The notes: generated from the sequence alone by a model not told the origin. Shown: positions 17,973 through 26,742, counted from the first letter of the stretch. The stretch is DNA of 53,099 nt from a virus (IMGVR_UViG_3300028361_000502:1-53099), one strand, 5' to 3'. Made by a program: numbers and translations.

Positions 17973-18277
17973 TACGATTCTTCAATCTTTAACTGTAGGA
18001 GGAAACCGTGATTGCGACTAGCGTTGATCGCTTCAACAGTTTTCTGTTCTGCTATCTCGTACTTGTAAGTGCCGATCACAGCAGATCCTTCGTTGTGAAT
18101 GTTCATAGTAAGAGTTTCAGCACTAGCATCGCTGTGGCGGAACACCTGTTTTAGAATTTCAATTACCCAATCCATAGGTGTTTGGTCGTCGTTGAGCATA
18201 ATCACATTGTACTTGCCGGGCTCTTTGACTACGTGTTTGATTGTTTCGTCTATCTTAATATCTACATCTGAGTTCAT
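17972..18277 (-). CDS. clpS: Clp protease adaptor ClpS
   Basis: YNVIMLNDDQTPMDWVIEIL, MNIHNEGSAVIG, EIAEQK. Confidence 0.92.
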   Translation of the reverse strand: MNSDVDIKIDETIKHVVKEPGKYNVIMLNDDQTPMDWVIEILKQVFRHSDASAETLTMNIHNEGSAVIGTYKYEIAEQKTVEAINASRNHGFLLQLKIEES

Positions 18278-18296
18278 GCTTTTCTCCTAGGTTATG

Positions 18297-18319
18297 TGGG
18301 GGAGATATTTCACTCCCCC
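18297..18319 (-). terminator. Stem-loop after hsp20 (possible terminator or stabiliser)
   Basis: GGGGGAG...CTCCCCC inverted repeat; no clear U tract. Confidence 0.5.
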
Positions 18320-18328
18320 TAGACTTGT

Positions 18329-18790
18329 TTAGCCTTCAATTGTGTCTTGTACAGTACCGTTAAAGTCTGTAATTGCAATCTTCTTTGGTTGTAGTTCTTC
18401 TGGAACATTACGCTTCAAATGAATATTAAGCATACCTAGTTCAAGACCTGCTTGGCGAACTTCGATATGATCTGCTAGTGTAAAGGTTCTACGGAAACTG
18501 CGACCACCGATTCCTTTGTGTAGATAGTTTACTGTTTCATCACCCTTGGGTGCAACACCTTCTACTGTGAGGATATTCTTTTCCAGTGTGATATCTAGAT
18601 TGTCCATACCAAAGCCTGCAACGGCAACACTGATCATGTATTCGTCTTCGTTGATCTGTACAATGTTGTATGGAGGATATCCGTTAGACTTTGTGTTTTC
18701 AAACACACGATCCATATCACGGAACAGTTGATCGAACCCTATAGTAGCACGATGTAGTGAGGGTAGGTCTAGAGTTTGTAATCTTGTCAT
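18329..18790 (-). CDS. ibpA: Small heat shock protein IbpA/Hsp20
   Basis: IGFDQLF, YPPYNIV, VAVAGF, YLHKGIGGRSFRRTFTLADHIEV; start moved to MTRLQ. Confidence 0.93.
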   Translation of the reverse strand: MTRLQTLDLPSLHRATIGFDQLFRDMDRVFENTKSNGYPPYNIVQINEDEYMISVAVAGFGMDNLDITLEKNILTVEGVAPKGDETVNYLHKGIGGRSFRRTFTLADHIEVRQAGLELGMLNIHLKRNVPEELQPKKIAITDFNGTVQDTIEG

Positions 18791-18842
18791 TTTATTTCTC
18801 CCGTTAAAGCAAGATATAATCGGACCCATTATGGCGTCCAAG
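18791..18842 (-). promoter_or_regulatory. ROSE-like RNA thermometer in the hsp20 leader
   Basis: UCUUGCU-uuaac-GGGAGA hairpin pairs the SD with a bulged G; preceded by a 5' hairpin TTGGAC...GTCCGA. Confidence 0.6.
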
Positions 18843-18858
18843 TTTATTTATCACAGTG

Positions 18859-19533
18859 TTATCTACCTATTGTTGTTTTTTCATATACACTATTATGTGT
18901 CTGAGTACAACGCACAAAAGTAGTACACTTTGATAACTGCTTGAGCTTAGAAGCCCCAGCATAGGTGCAGGTTGATCTGATGCCGCCAAGGATATCCTGT
19001 ACTGTATCAGCTACACTACCTCGGTAAGGTACCAAGACCGTCCTGCCTTCTGACGAACGATAGTTTTTCAATCCGCCAAAATGCTTGTCGTTTGCACTTT
19101 CACTGCTCATACCGTAGAATTGTACAAACTGTTTTGCTTCTACTAATTCTTCGCCGTTGTCATAGTGTATTTCGCCAGTCTTAAATGCTCTGTTGATAAC
19201 TTCGCCGCCGCCTTCATCGTGTCCAGCCAGCATACCACCCAGCATCACAAAGTCAGCACCCGCAGCAAATGCTTTGGCTACATCACCAGGAGTAGTACAT
19301 CCCCCGTCAGCAATGATATGACCACCAAGGCCGTGAGCAGCATCGGCACATTCGATAACTGCGGAAAGTTGCGGATATCCAACCCCGGTCTGCAATCTCG
19401 TCGTGCATACGCTATTATGTACCACTACACCCTCGATATTGTATGAATGATCTTCTTCGACTTCAAGATCATATGTGTATCCATCATATGGTTCAATTTC
19501 GAGTATATCTATTTCAACTAATTCAAATTTCAT
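18859..19533 (-). CDS. guaC: GMP reductase C-terminal part with split-intein C-half (residues 1-40)
   Basis: [20 protein letters not shown] followed by extein SVCTTR...IIADGG...FYGMSS...YRSSEG. Confidence 0.92.
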   Translation of the reverse strand: MKFELVEIDILEIEPYDGYTYDLEVEEDHSYNIEGVVVHNSVCTTRLQTGVGYPQLSAVIECADAAHGLGGHIIADGGCTTPGDVAKAFAAGADFVMLGGMLAGHDEGGGEVINRAFKTGEIHYDNGEELVEAKQFVQFYGMSSESANDKHFGGLKNYRSSEGRTVLVPYRGSVADTVQDILGGIRSTCTYAGASKLKQLSKCTTFVRCTQTHNSVYEKTTIGR

Positions 19534-20481
19534 CTAAAATACTCCAGTCATTTTCTTTAATTTGTGATTCCCATATAACGAGATATCTATATCCGTTATC
19601 TTCTGCTTTAGAAGTAAATAATCCTTTGTTAAATCTTTTGCTTCGACCCATTCTGCATATTGATGAATATTATCATCTGTTACTGTTTCTCGATGTTTTT
19701 TATGTAAAACATAAAACTCGTGATTAGGAGTTGCTTTAATACCATTAATATTAACTATTGATTTTTTATCGTCAAATTTAAATGTATTAGTAACAGTTTT
19801 ATAAGATCCAGTGTGAGTTAAAACTTTTTCACCTTGTTTAATATCTTCGATATTCTTTAAACATTTATCAGTCTTAACTTTTTGCCCAGGAGCAAAACAT
19901 CCAGGTCCAATGCCAACTTTAACAATATCTGCTCCAGCAAGAATAAGTTCCTCCGTCATTTCACCTGTGACCACATTGCCTGCTATAATAACAAGATGTG
20001 GGAAACGTTTGCGTACTTCACGTACATGTGTTGTAAAGTGTTCTGAATATCCATTTGCAATGTCAATGCAAACATATTTTAGATTGTCTTCACACTTAGC
20101 ATACACGGCGCACAGCTTTTCAAAATCTGCTGTGCTGGTGCCTATGCTCATAGCCACATAGTCTGTGCGATTGAGTCCGTCACCATAATAGAACTCGATC
20201 AGTTCTTCCGCAGTGTAGGTTTTGACAAGGCAAGTAAAGATGCCTTGTGCGCCCAATGCATCTGCCATAGCAAATGTGCCAACACCGTCCATGTTAGCAG
20301 CCATGATAGGAATGCCTCGATAGTGTGGATCCTCTGTACAGTTGTCGGGGAAGTCTGGCACATAGTTTCTAAATATAAAACTACGTTCCAAGTCAACTTC
20401 TGAACGACTCTTAAGTGTGCTGCGCTTTGGGCGGATCAGCACATCCTTATAGTCTAGTCGTACTTCGTTGTCGATGCGCAT
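19534..20481 (-). CDS. guaC: GMP reductase N-terminal part with split-intein N-half (from Cys at 19899)
   Basis: DVLIRPKRSTLKSRS, AANMD, DIANGYSE, KVGIGPG, then CFAPGQKV...ATPNHEF (intein blocks A and B). Confidence 0.92.
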   Translation of the reverse strand: MRIDNEVRLDYKDVLIRPKRSTLKSRSEVDLERSFIFRNYVPDFPDNCTEDPHYRGIPIMAANMDGVGTFAMADALGAQGIFTCLVKTYTAEELIEFYYGDGLNRTDYVAMSIGTSTADFEKLCAVYAKCEDNLKYVCIDIANGYSEHFTTHVREVRKRFPHLVIIAGNVVTGEMTEELILAGADIVKVGIGPGCFAPGQKVKTDKCLKNIEDIKQGEKVLTHTGSYKTVTNTFKFDDKKSIVNINGIKATPNHEFYVLHKKHRETVTDDNIHQYAEWVEAKDLTKDYLLLKQKITDIDISLYGNHKLKKMTGVF

Positions 20482-20490
20482 GTTTACCTC

Positions 20491-20730
20491 TTACTGACCT
20501 AGACGGTCTTTGGCCAGCTTCTTAAGCCAACGAGATCTGCCAGCAGCTTTTGCTTTCTTACGCTTCAAACTGGGCTTTTCAAAAAACTCACGTCCACGCA
20601 GTTCTTGCATGATTCCGTCTTCTTGAATTTTCTTTTTAAACTTGCGCAGGGCAAATCCTACATCATTATTGCGAACTTCTACTTTAAGTCCTCTAACAAC
20701 CTGTTCTTGTCTTTTATCGTGTTTGGACAC
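20491..20730 (-). CDS. rpsU: Ribosomal protein bS21
   Basis: VEVRNNDVGFALRKFKKK..EDGIMQELRGREFFEKPSLKRKKAK. Confidence 0.92.
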   Translation of the reverse strand: MSKHDKRQEQVVRGLKVEVRNNDVGFALRKFKKKIQEDGIMQELRGREFFEKPSLKRKKAKAAGRSRWLKKLAKDRLGQ

Positions 20731-21115
20731 TGTGTTCTCCTATATTGACCAAAAAATCTAAATTATAAATGTGCTGCTTACTAATATGATTATACACGCT
20801 TTTTTCGGCATTTGTCAACCAGTAAGTTTTGCTTTTGCCTATCATATAAGCCAAAAGATCTCTAAAAAAGTGAGCAGTGTTGTCAACGTCAACAATCACT
20901 AAATCAACGCTTTTAAATATTCTCAACACCCATTCCATCTCAGATTCGTCATAGCGATCTCGGTCGTAGAGATAGATGTTAACATCACCTTCGAAGTGTG
21001 TGAGAAATTTATTTTGTAATTCGTTCTGTAAATCTTTGCTGGGGTACAACAACAGTATTTCAAAACTATCGTTATACAGCTGGTCGGGCGCTGTAACTAT
21101 GTTAATTTTATTCAA
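20714..21115 (-). CDS. Hypothetical phage protein
   Basis: 133 aa ORF in the operon; contains TTGACA-N18-TATAAT (20789-20818) pointing at rpsU. Confidence 0.7.
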   Translation of the reverse strand: MNKINIVTAPDQLYNDSFEILLLYPSKDLQNELQNKFLTHFEGDVNIYLYDRDRYDESEMEWVLRIFKSVDLVIVDVDNTAHFFRDLLAYMIGKSKTYWLTNAEKSVYNHISKQHIYNLDFLVNIGEHSVQTR

Positions 21116-21118
21116 AGC

Positions 21119-22825
21119 TTACCTATTTTTTAATCTATTGAATAGAGTACGTTCGTTTTGTTCGCCGTTCTGACGATAACCTTCTTCTATGTAGTTATCT
21201 TCTTGGGCGGGCTCTTCCCACGGTAAATGGTCTATAAGACCTTTGATATAAAGATTCTTGTAGTGTTTAAGCGTTGTGTCAGGGTTCGCGTCTTTCCATT
21301 GTGTTTTGTTAAGAACAAAAGCAGCGTCCTGTTCTTTGGTTTCATAAGCAATTCTGCGCTCACGCTCTTGGCTTGATTCTTCCTGTGATTCTAAATTTTG
21401 TTCTTTTTTTTCGACAAAACTTTCTGCTACTTCTAGAACAAGATCTGTAGATGAATCATCTGGTGTATGAATCGGCTCAGCATCTAGGTCTTCTTCTCCG
21501 GCCACAGCCATTCGCTCGGAAGTGTCTCGTCCTTCTTGTCCGCCTCCAACTTCGGTACTAGTGGTATCGGTGTTAGGCTCTTGCTCTGTTTTTCTGTCAA
21601 CTTGATCTTCCTTGTGTGCTACGTCAGCATCTGCCCTTGCCTGATCATAGTCTTTTTTCTCCTGCCTCAGTTTACGATGATGCTCAAATGTAAATTGACT
21701 GGCTATTAGTAGGAGAACTGCCAGTGGGTCAAACACAAATATGATTATAACTATGACCCAACGAACTGCTTCTTCGAGAATATCTTTGTCAGCGTCAGTG
21801 CCATAGACAAACTCTGCAATATATTTTACTGGACCTACTTCTGCTTCTAGCTTGCGGTATTCTGCTTCTAGTTCAAACTTGCGATCCATCATCTGATCTG
21901 TTTCAGCTTGCGTAGTGAGTATGCGTTGATTCTGTTCTTCTAACAGGGTCTGTAGACTGTTGGTGTCATTGGCTTGCAGTTGTTGTCGCAGATTGTTTAT
22001 AAGACTGTTTGAGGCTCTGACCTGTTGATCAGCGTCTGATCGTAGCCTACTTACTTCTTCTCGTGCTGCTAGAACAACTGCGTTCTGCTGTGCCTGTTGT
22101 ATTCTAGTTAACCATTGTTCACGTTCTTGTGCTTTGGCATCTTGGTACTGTTGAAATGCTCTGGCAGTAGCAGGGCCATAGTCTCCGTCTACTGCTGTGC
22201 CTACCATTGCTTGAGCACGTTCAATTTCGTCGTTGTTGATAAAGTTGCGTAGTCGTTCTAGTTCTTGATCTATTTTGGCTAACTCTTGTTCAAACAGTGC
22301 AGTCTGTTGCGCAATGATTTGATTCTGCTCGTCGATAGCAGGTTGTATACGATCATATGCACTTTCAACACGCTGTTGTTCTAGATCAATCTGCAGTTGT
22401 AGTTGATTGGTAACACTGGATCCTGTGGTTTCTAGTTCTACTATACGCTGTTCGGCTCTTAGTATGGTGTTTTGATTGCGATCAATTTCTGCATCAATAC
22501 GCTCAATCTGTGCAACGCCGTCAGCAGCGCCAGCAGTTTGTTCGATATGAGCTCTGCTGAGAAATCCGAAGATGCCCATGCTGGTGATGAACATCAGCAC
22601 CACCACTGCTAGTACTAGATAAGATTTCAGCCACCATGCTGCTTCACGCCAGTAGCGATGCAACCATACTGCTGTGACCAATTTGCCTACTTCTAGCACA
22701 CCGCCCATGATCATAATGGGAATAGCAGCCGCAGCGAAGATGGTCATAAGACCTGCTACACTGTAGTAAATTGCAACAGCACTAATTGAAAGTGCTGTGA
22801 GTAGTGTTAGTATACCTATAAACAT
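21119..22825 (-). CDS. Membrane-anchored coiled-coil protein with a peptidoglycan-binding-like motif
   Basis: Three N-terminal TMs, long Q/E-rich coiled coil, VDGDYGPATARAF, C-terminal TM with FVFDPLAV. Confidence 0.75.
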   Translation of the reverse strand: MFIGILTLLTALSISAVAIYYSVAGLMTIFAAAAIPIMIMGGVLEVGKLVTAVWLHRYWREAAWWLKSYLVLAVVVLMFITSMGIFGFLSRAHIEQTAGAADGVAQIERIDAEIDRNQNTILRAEQRIVELETTGSSVTNQLQLQIDLEQQRVESAYDRIQPAIDEQNQIIAQQTALFEQELAKIDQELERLRNFINNDEIERAQAMVGTAVDGDYGPATARAFQQYQDAKAQEREQWLTRIQQAQQNAVVLAAREEVSRLRSDADQQVRASNSLINNLRQQLQANDTNSLQTLLEEQNQRILTTQAETDQMMDRKFELEAEYRKLEAEVGPVKYIAEFVYGTDADKDILEEAVRWVIVIIIFVFDPLAVLLLIASQFTFEHHRKLRQEKKDYDQARADADVAHKEDQVDRKTEQEPNTDTTSTEVGGGQEGRDTSERMAVAGEEDLDAEPIHTPDDSSTDLVLEVAESFVEKKEQNLESQEESSQERERRIAYETKEQDAAFVLNKTQWKDANPDTTLKHYKNLYIKGLIDHLPWEEPAQEDNYIEEGYRQNGEQNERTLFNRLKNR

Positions 22826-22869
22826 TGTTAGTTATTTACGCCTGTGTGATGTAGTGATAATATAGGTGT

Positions 22870-23376
22870 TTATTCCCACCGATAAAAAATGTGTGCGCCG
22901 ATTCTGCCTACCAGTTGAAGCTCACTGGCCCAATTAGGACTAACATACGTAGCGTGATAGTGTGTAGCACCTTCTGTAAGTCCGCGATATTTGTTGTCTT
23001 CGATTACGTTCCATGCCAGCATCTGTGATTGTACCCACATGTCTGTATCAGTAGGAACATCATCCTTGCCATCACAATACCAACTGAACTGGCACTTGTG
23101 AAGCACCATATTGCCTGCACTGTCTTGAACGCCTTGTTGTACTACTGCACAAACAGTATCAGGATAGCGTCGGTCATTGGTACGATTCATTACTACATTG
23201 GCTACACCTGCACGATCAGCTAGGTTACTGCCACGTGCTTCATGATAGATGTTCAATGATAGACAATAGTGCTGAGGATATTCTTCTTGAGTGAAAAGCT
23301 GAATGCTGGGTTCTCTAGCATTAGCACTGAGTGTTGATGTCAGCCCCAACAGGATTACTGCGATAAATTTTTTCAT
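22870..23376 (-). CDS. SleB-like cell wall hydrolase (Hydrolase_2)
   Basis: CLSLNIYHEARG, VANVVMNR, CQFSWYCDG, GATHYHA, IGAHIFY; signal peptide. Confidence 0.92.
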   Translation of the reverse strand: MKKFIAVILLGLTSTLSANAREPSIQLFTQEEYPQHYCLSLNIYHEARGSNLADRAGVANVVMNRTNDRRYPDTVCAVVQQGVQDSAGNMVLHKCQFSWYCDGKDDVPTDTDMWVQSQMLAWNVIEDNKYRGLTEGATHYHATYVSPNWASELQLVGRIGAHIFYRWE

Positions 23377-23428
23377 TCTTTTCCTTGTTTTGTATTTAAG
23401 TTAGATTTCTATGCTTAAACTGTGTGTT

Positions 23429-23809
23429 TTAGTTTCTACGCATTTCCGCAATGTCTTTTGCGTCTTGTTTTTTATCTGCGAACACAGGAACCATATTGCT
23501 TTTGTGCATCGTGGCAATTCCCAGCAATTGCCGCTCGCCACTGTAGGTCAGTGACTCTTTAGCTGTGCCGTGACCAGCTACATTATTACTCAGCTTTACT
23601 GACGACTTTGTTTTGTAATCTGGGATCTCATTAATGCCTACACGCTCTCCTTTGGCGTTGGTAGGCAGTGTTGTTTTACCTACACCCATTGACTTGAGCC
23701 AAGCTTCATGTTCTGCCTGTGCTTGAGAAAGACGCTTGTTTTTGCTGGCTTTTTGCTTGCGATTGTATTTGGTTGTGGTCAGATACGGTCCCACCATGGA
23801 CATTGTCAT
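23429..23809 (-). CDS. Hypothetical phage protein
   Basis: GIATMHKSNMVPVF C-terminal motif; AGGAG RBS; start moved to 23809. Confidence 0.75.
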   Translation of the reverse strand: MTMSMVGPYLTTTKYNRKQKASKNKRLSQAQAEHEAWLKSMGVGKTTLPTNAKGERVGINEIPDYKTKSSVKLSNNVAGHGTAKESLTYSGERQLLGIATMHKSNMVPVFADKKQDAKDIAEMRRN

Positions 23810-23813
23810 AGAA

Positions 23814-23864
23814 AAACTCCTGCTGTTATTTTTATATAATAGCAGGAGTTTGATCACTTGTCAA
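23814..23864 (-). promoter_or_regulatory. Sigma70 promoter inside an RBS-sequestering inverted repeat
   Basis: TTGACA(23859-64)-N17-TATTAT; AAACTCCTGCT/AGCAGGAGTTT 11-bp arms. Confidence 0.65.
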
Positions 23865-23994
23865 GCTTATTTTTGATCCATAGGAACGCTGCATACACAG
23901 ACAGCGCCCACGCAGTTGCGACTGCTATATCAACTGCGTGAGATCGCATGTTGTAGATAAATTCTATTCCTACTTTTGCTGTTTCCGGATCCAT
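23854..23994 (-). CDS. Small membrane protein (46 aa, not in ORF track)
   Basis: MDPETAKVGIEFIYNMRSHAVDIAVATAWALSVYAAFLWIKNKLDK. Confidence 0.6.
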   Translation of the reverse strand: MDPETAKVGIEFIYNMRSHAVDIAVATAWALSVYAAFLWIKNKLDK

Positions 23995-23998
23995 GTTG

Positions 23999-25057
23999 TT
24001 ACCAGAACTTTAGTTTCTTAGCTGCTTTTTTAGCTGCATCTGCTGTGGCTTTGGCTGCATCTTCTGTTGCTTTGGCGGCTGCGTCTGCTGCTCGTTTTGT
24101 TTCTGCTGCGGCTGCGTCTGCTGCTCGTTTTACTTCTTCTGCTTTGCGCTTTGTTTCAGCTGCGGCTGCTTCAGTTGCTCGTTTTGCTGCTTCTGCTTGA
24201 CGTCTTGCTTCTGCTTCGGCTGCGTCTGCCTGTCGTAGTGCTTCTGCTGCGGCTTTGGCTGTTGCTTCTGCTGCGTCTTTGGCTGCTTCTTGCGCTGGCC
24301 TTGTATCTACGCTGACACTCAGGTCAACATCAACCCCAGCTAATAGTGCAACTTCACCACTTATACCTACAGTAGCAACACCATCATCTATAGTTGCTCC
24401 GCCGCCAACTTCAGCACCTGCCTGAACACCGATACTTGCACCACCAGTTGCAGCGCCTCCATTGCCACTGCTGTCATAAGCACTGGTAGTATTGTCAACT
24501 CCTACACTTACCCCAGCGGTTGCACCAGCATGACCTGATGCGCCATCTTTACCGATTTGAGCACTTGCACCAGCACTTGCTCCTGCTTCTGCGTGAACTG
24601 CGGTTTCGTTCTTAACTGTCACATCACCAACTTGCTGACTTATGGCCACGCTTGCTTCTGCACTGGCACCAACTTCTGCGCCCACTTCAGCATAAGCGTT
24701 ATCACCACTTACACCTGCTTGTGCTCCTGCACTTGCATGTGCTTCTGCACTGGCGCTTGCTTCAACAGTAGTATCACCGTAGGCTGCACTTGTGCCTGCT
24801 TCTGCACCAATGCTTGCTTCAGCACTTGCTGCGGCGGTTGTGTCGGTTACTTCTGTACCTGCACTTGCATGTGCTTCTGCGCTGGCATGTGCTTCTAAGT
24901 CAACGCCGCCTATAGTTGTTTCTGCGCTGGCGCTGGATGAACCGCCTATGCTTGCCTGTGGATTGTCAATGTCAGACCCTGCGGTGAAATCATTGCTAAC
25001 GCTTGTAGTAGGACCGTTGTCCTCTTCTTCGTCTTTTTTCTCTACTTGATCTGACAT
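23999..25057 (-). CDS. Ala/Gly-rich repeat protein with an Ala/Lys/Glu helical tail
   Basis: AEASAEAHASAG-type repeats; AGGAG RBS. Confidence 0.75.
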   Translation of the reverse strand: MSDQVEKKDEEEDNGPTTSVSNDFTAGSDIDNPQASIGGSSSASAETTIGGVDLEAHASAEAHASAGTEVTDTTAAASAEASIGAEAGTSAAYGDTTVEASASAEAHASAGAQAGVSGDNAYAEVGAEVGASAEASVAISQQVGDVTVKNETAVHAEAGASAGASAQIGKDGASGHAGATAGVSVGVDNTTSAYDSSGNGGAATGGASIGVQAGAEVGGGATIDDGVATVGISGEVALLAGVDVDLSVSVDTRPAQEAAKDAAEATAKAAAEALRQADAAEAEARRQAEAAKRATEAAAAETKRKAEEVKRAADAAAAETKRAADAAAKATEDAAKATADAAKKAAKKLKFW

Positions 25058-25067
25058 GAATTCTCCT

Positions 25068-25532
25068 TTACTTGTGTTCTATCAGTTTTGCTGCTTCGTA
25101 TTCATCTTTATTTACCACACCCTCTTCGAGCAAACGCTCGCGGTTCTTTTGATGCTGCGCTTCAGTTAATTCTTTTGCTCCACCGTAGTAGGGAACACAG
25201 TGTCCTTCTTCCATCATAATTTTGGTTATGAATCTGCCACCGTCGTCTATAAAGTCACCCAGCACACGGCCAAACTTACCCTTCATGTCAGTGCCATCTT
25301 TAGCAACCTGTGTGCGCAGTACGGAATACTCGCCCAGCAGTTCTTCTAGTCTCTTTTTTGCTGCTAGTCCAAACAGTTTTTCCACCGCATCTTTGGTTCT
25401 TGATTCTGGTGTGTCAATGCCCATGATACGAACACGTTCGTTGTGTATCCATATGCCAAAGCCTAGATCGATATCTACATCTACTGTGTCGCCATCTACA
25501 ACTCGTAGTACTTTTACTCTATATTCATACAT
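25068..25532 (-). CDS. Staphylococcal nuclease-like (thermonuclease) protein
   Basis: RVVDGDTVDVDIDLGF, RVRIMGIDTPES, GKFGRVLG. Confidence 0.88.
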   Translation of the reverse strand: MYEYRVKVLRVVDGDTVDVDIDLGFGIWIHNERVRIMGIDTPESRTKDAVEKLFGLAAKKRLEELLGEYSVLRTQVAKDGTDMKGKFGRVLGDFIDDGGRFITKIMMEEGHCVPYYGGAKELTEAQHQKNRERLLEEGVVNKDEYEAAKLIEHK

Positions 25533-25554
25533 TTATTTTGCCCTCTTGAGTAGT

Positions 25555-25574
25555 GTAGGGCCCGCAGGCCCTAC
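25555..25574 (-). terminator. Stem-loop
   Basis: GTAGGGC...GCCCTAC inverted repeat. Confidence 0.5.
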
Positions 25575-25580
25575 TGTATG

Positions 25581-25835
25581 TTATCTATTGTATTTGGGTG
25601 ATCCCCAAAGGTCTTTAGCGTTTACTCGTATAAAACGCTTGTCGGGTTCGTTAGGATTAGGATTTGATATAGTAAGAACTACATTCTTACCTTTTGCCCA
25701 AGCAGCACGTTGATTAAACATACGTTCACCGCTGGCCAAATAGTCTTTACGCATTGCTTTTTTCACGCCATTGCTGACATTACTGTGTTTTCCTTGGCTT
25801 ATAAAGCCTTTGCTGTTGCCGCCTTTTTTACCCAT
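25581..25835 (-). CDS. Small basic hypothetical protein
   Basis: 84 aa; AGGAG RBS; AWAKGKNVVLTISNPN motif. Confidence 0.7.
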   Translation of the reverse strand: MGKKGGNSKGFISQGKHSNVSNGVKKAMRKDYLASGERMFNQRAAWAKGKNVVLTISNPNPNEPDKRFIRVNAKDLWGSPKYNR

Positions 25836-25896
25836 TGAGGTTCTCCTTTGTTAAAAATATGCCCTCACTTATTATAGTAGTATTTATTGATTTCAA

Positions 25897-25919
25897 TAAA
25901 AAAGGGCCCGAAGGCCCTT
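25897..25919 (-). terminator. Intrinsic terminator after the porin
   Basis: AAGGGCC-ttcg-GGCCCTT followed by a T run. Confidence 0.8.
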
Positions 25920-25950
25920 GATTGTAGTATGGTTTACTGAGTTCAGTAAA

Positions 25951-26742
25951 TTAGAAGCTGAAGCTTACACCAGCGCCTACGCTGTTTGTTTCAGCGTCAA
26001 CGTTGTATGTGCCTTCTGCGTATACATTTAGACCATTGAAGTCATATGCTACACCAGCACCAACATTTTGAAATGCGTCCGCATCGTCACCGTTTACAAA
26101 CGCTGTAACGATCTTATAGCCTGCACTTGCTTCATAAGCAACTACTTCAGTAGCAGTTGCGTAGGTCACAATGCCACCAACCGCAACGTCAGCAGTTACA
26201 CTATAATCTGCTCGTACACCCACTGTGTAGTCTTCGCTGTCGACGTTGTAGTCTGCTACACCAGTAACAGCACCTGCACCAATGTCAAGTGTATAAGCAG
26301 CCTGTAGATTTTCAATGTCACCAATGTCAGTAGTGATGTCAGTGAATCCAACCAGCACTGCGGCTGCGCCAAATTCCACAATCAACGACTCGTGGTCGCT
26401 TGCAGGGTTTGCAATAGTATCGCCGCCTACGATTTCAAAATCATTACCGATAAAAATGTCACCCTGATCTCCAAAAGACACAGTAACAGCATCAGTTGCT
26501 ATGCCAAGTTGCCATTCGTCAACAGTCAAATTGCCAGCATCAACTGATTCAAGATTGAATCCGCTAAAAGCAAGGCCCGCGCCAGTATCAGCAGTTACAC
26601 CAAAACCCAGTGTGGTTTCAGCTACATAGTTGCCAGCTGTGTTTTCAGTAATTTCAACGCCAACTGAACCACCAAGTTCTGCTGCGGTGGTTGTGCCTGC
26701 TACGAATAGTGTGGCTACAGTTGCCATAAATAGATTGCGCAT
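25951..26742 (-). CDS. Outer-membrane beta-barrel/porin, alphaproteobacterial type
   Basis: Signal peptide; alternating beta strands; acidic; ends in VGAGVSFSF (terminal Phe beta-signal). Confidence 0.8.
   Translation of the reverse strand: MRNLFMATVATLFVAGTTTAAELGGSVGVEITENTAGNYVAETTLGFGVTADTGAGLAFSGFNLESVDAGNLTVDEWQLGIATDAVTVSFGDQGDIFIGNDFEIVGGDTIANPASDHESLIVEFGAAAVLVGFTDITTDIGDIENLQAAYTLDIGAGAVTGVADYNVDSEDYTVGVRADYSVTADVAVGGIVTYATATEVVAYEASAGYKIVTAFVNGDDADAFQNVGAGVAYDFNGLNVYAEGTYNVDAETNSVGAGVSFSF

Noticed and set aside
19531-19536. TAG reassignment or readthrough fusing the two guaC ORFs (TAG is in frame with the next ATG)
   Set aside because: TAG is an ordinary stop elsewhere (e.g. 2508), long genes are not interrupted by TAG, and a GGAG SD precedes the IntC ATG; low-level readthrough cannot be excluded
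24030-24300. Tandem GCTGC-rich repeats as a CRISPR array or DNA repeat element
   Set aside because: They are Ala-rich codon repeats within an ORF, with no constant repeat/unique spacer structure; no CRISPR array was seen in the window
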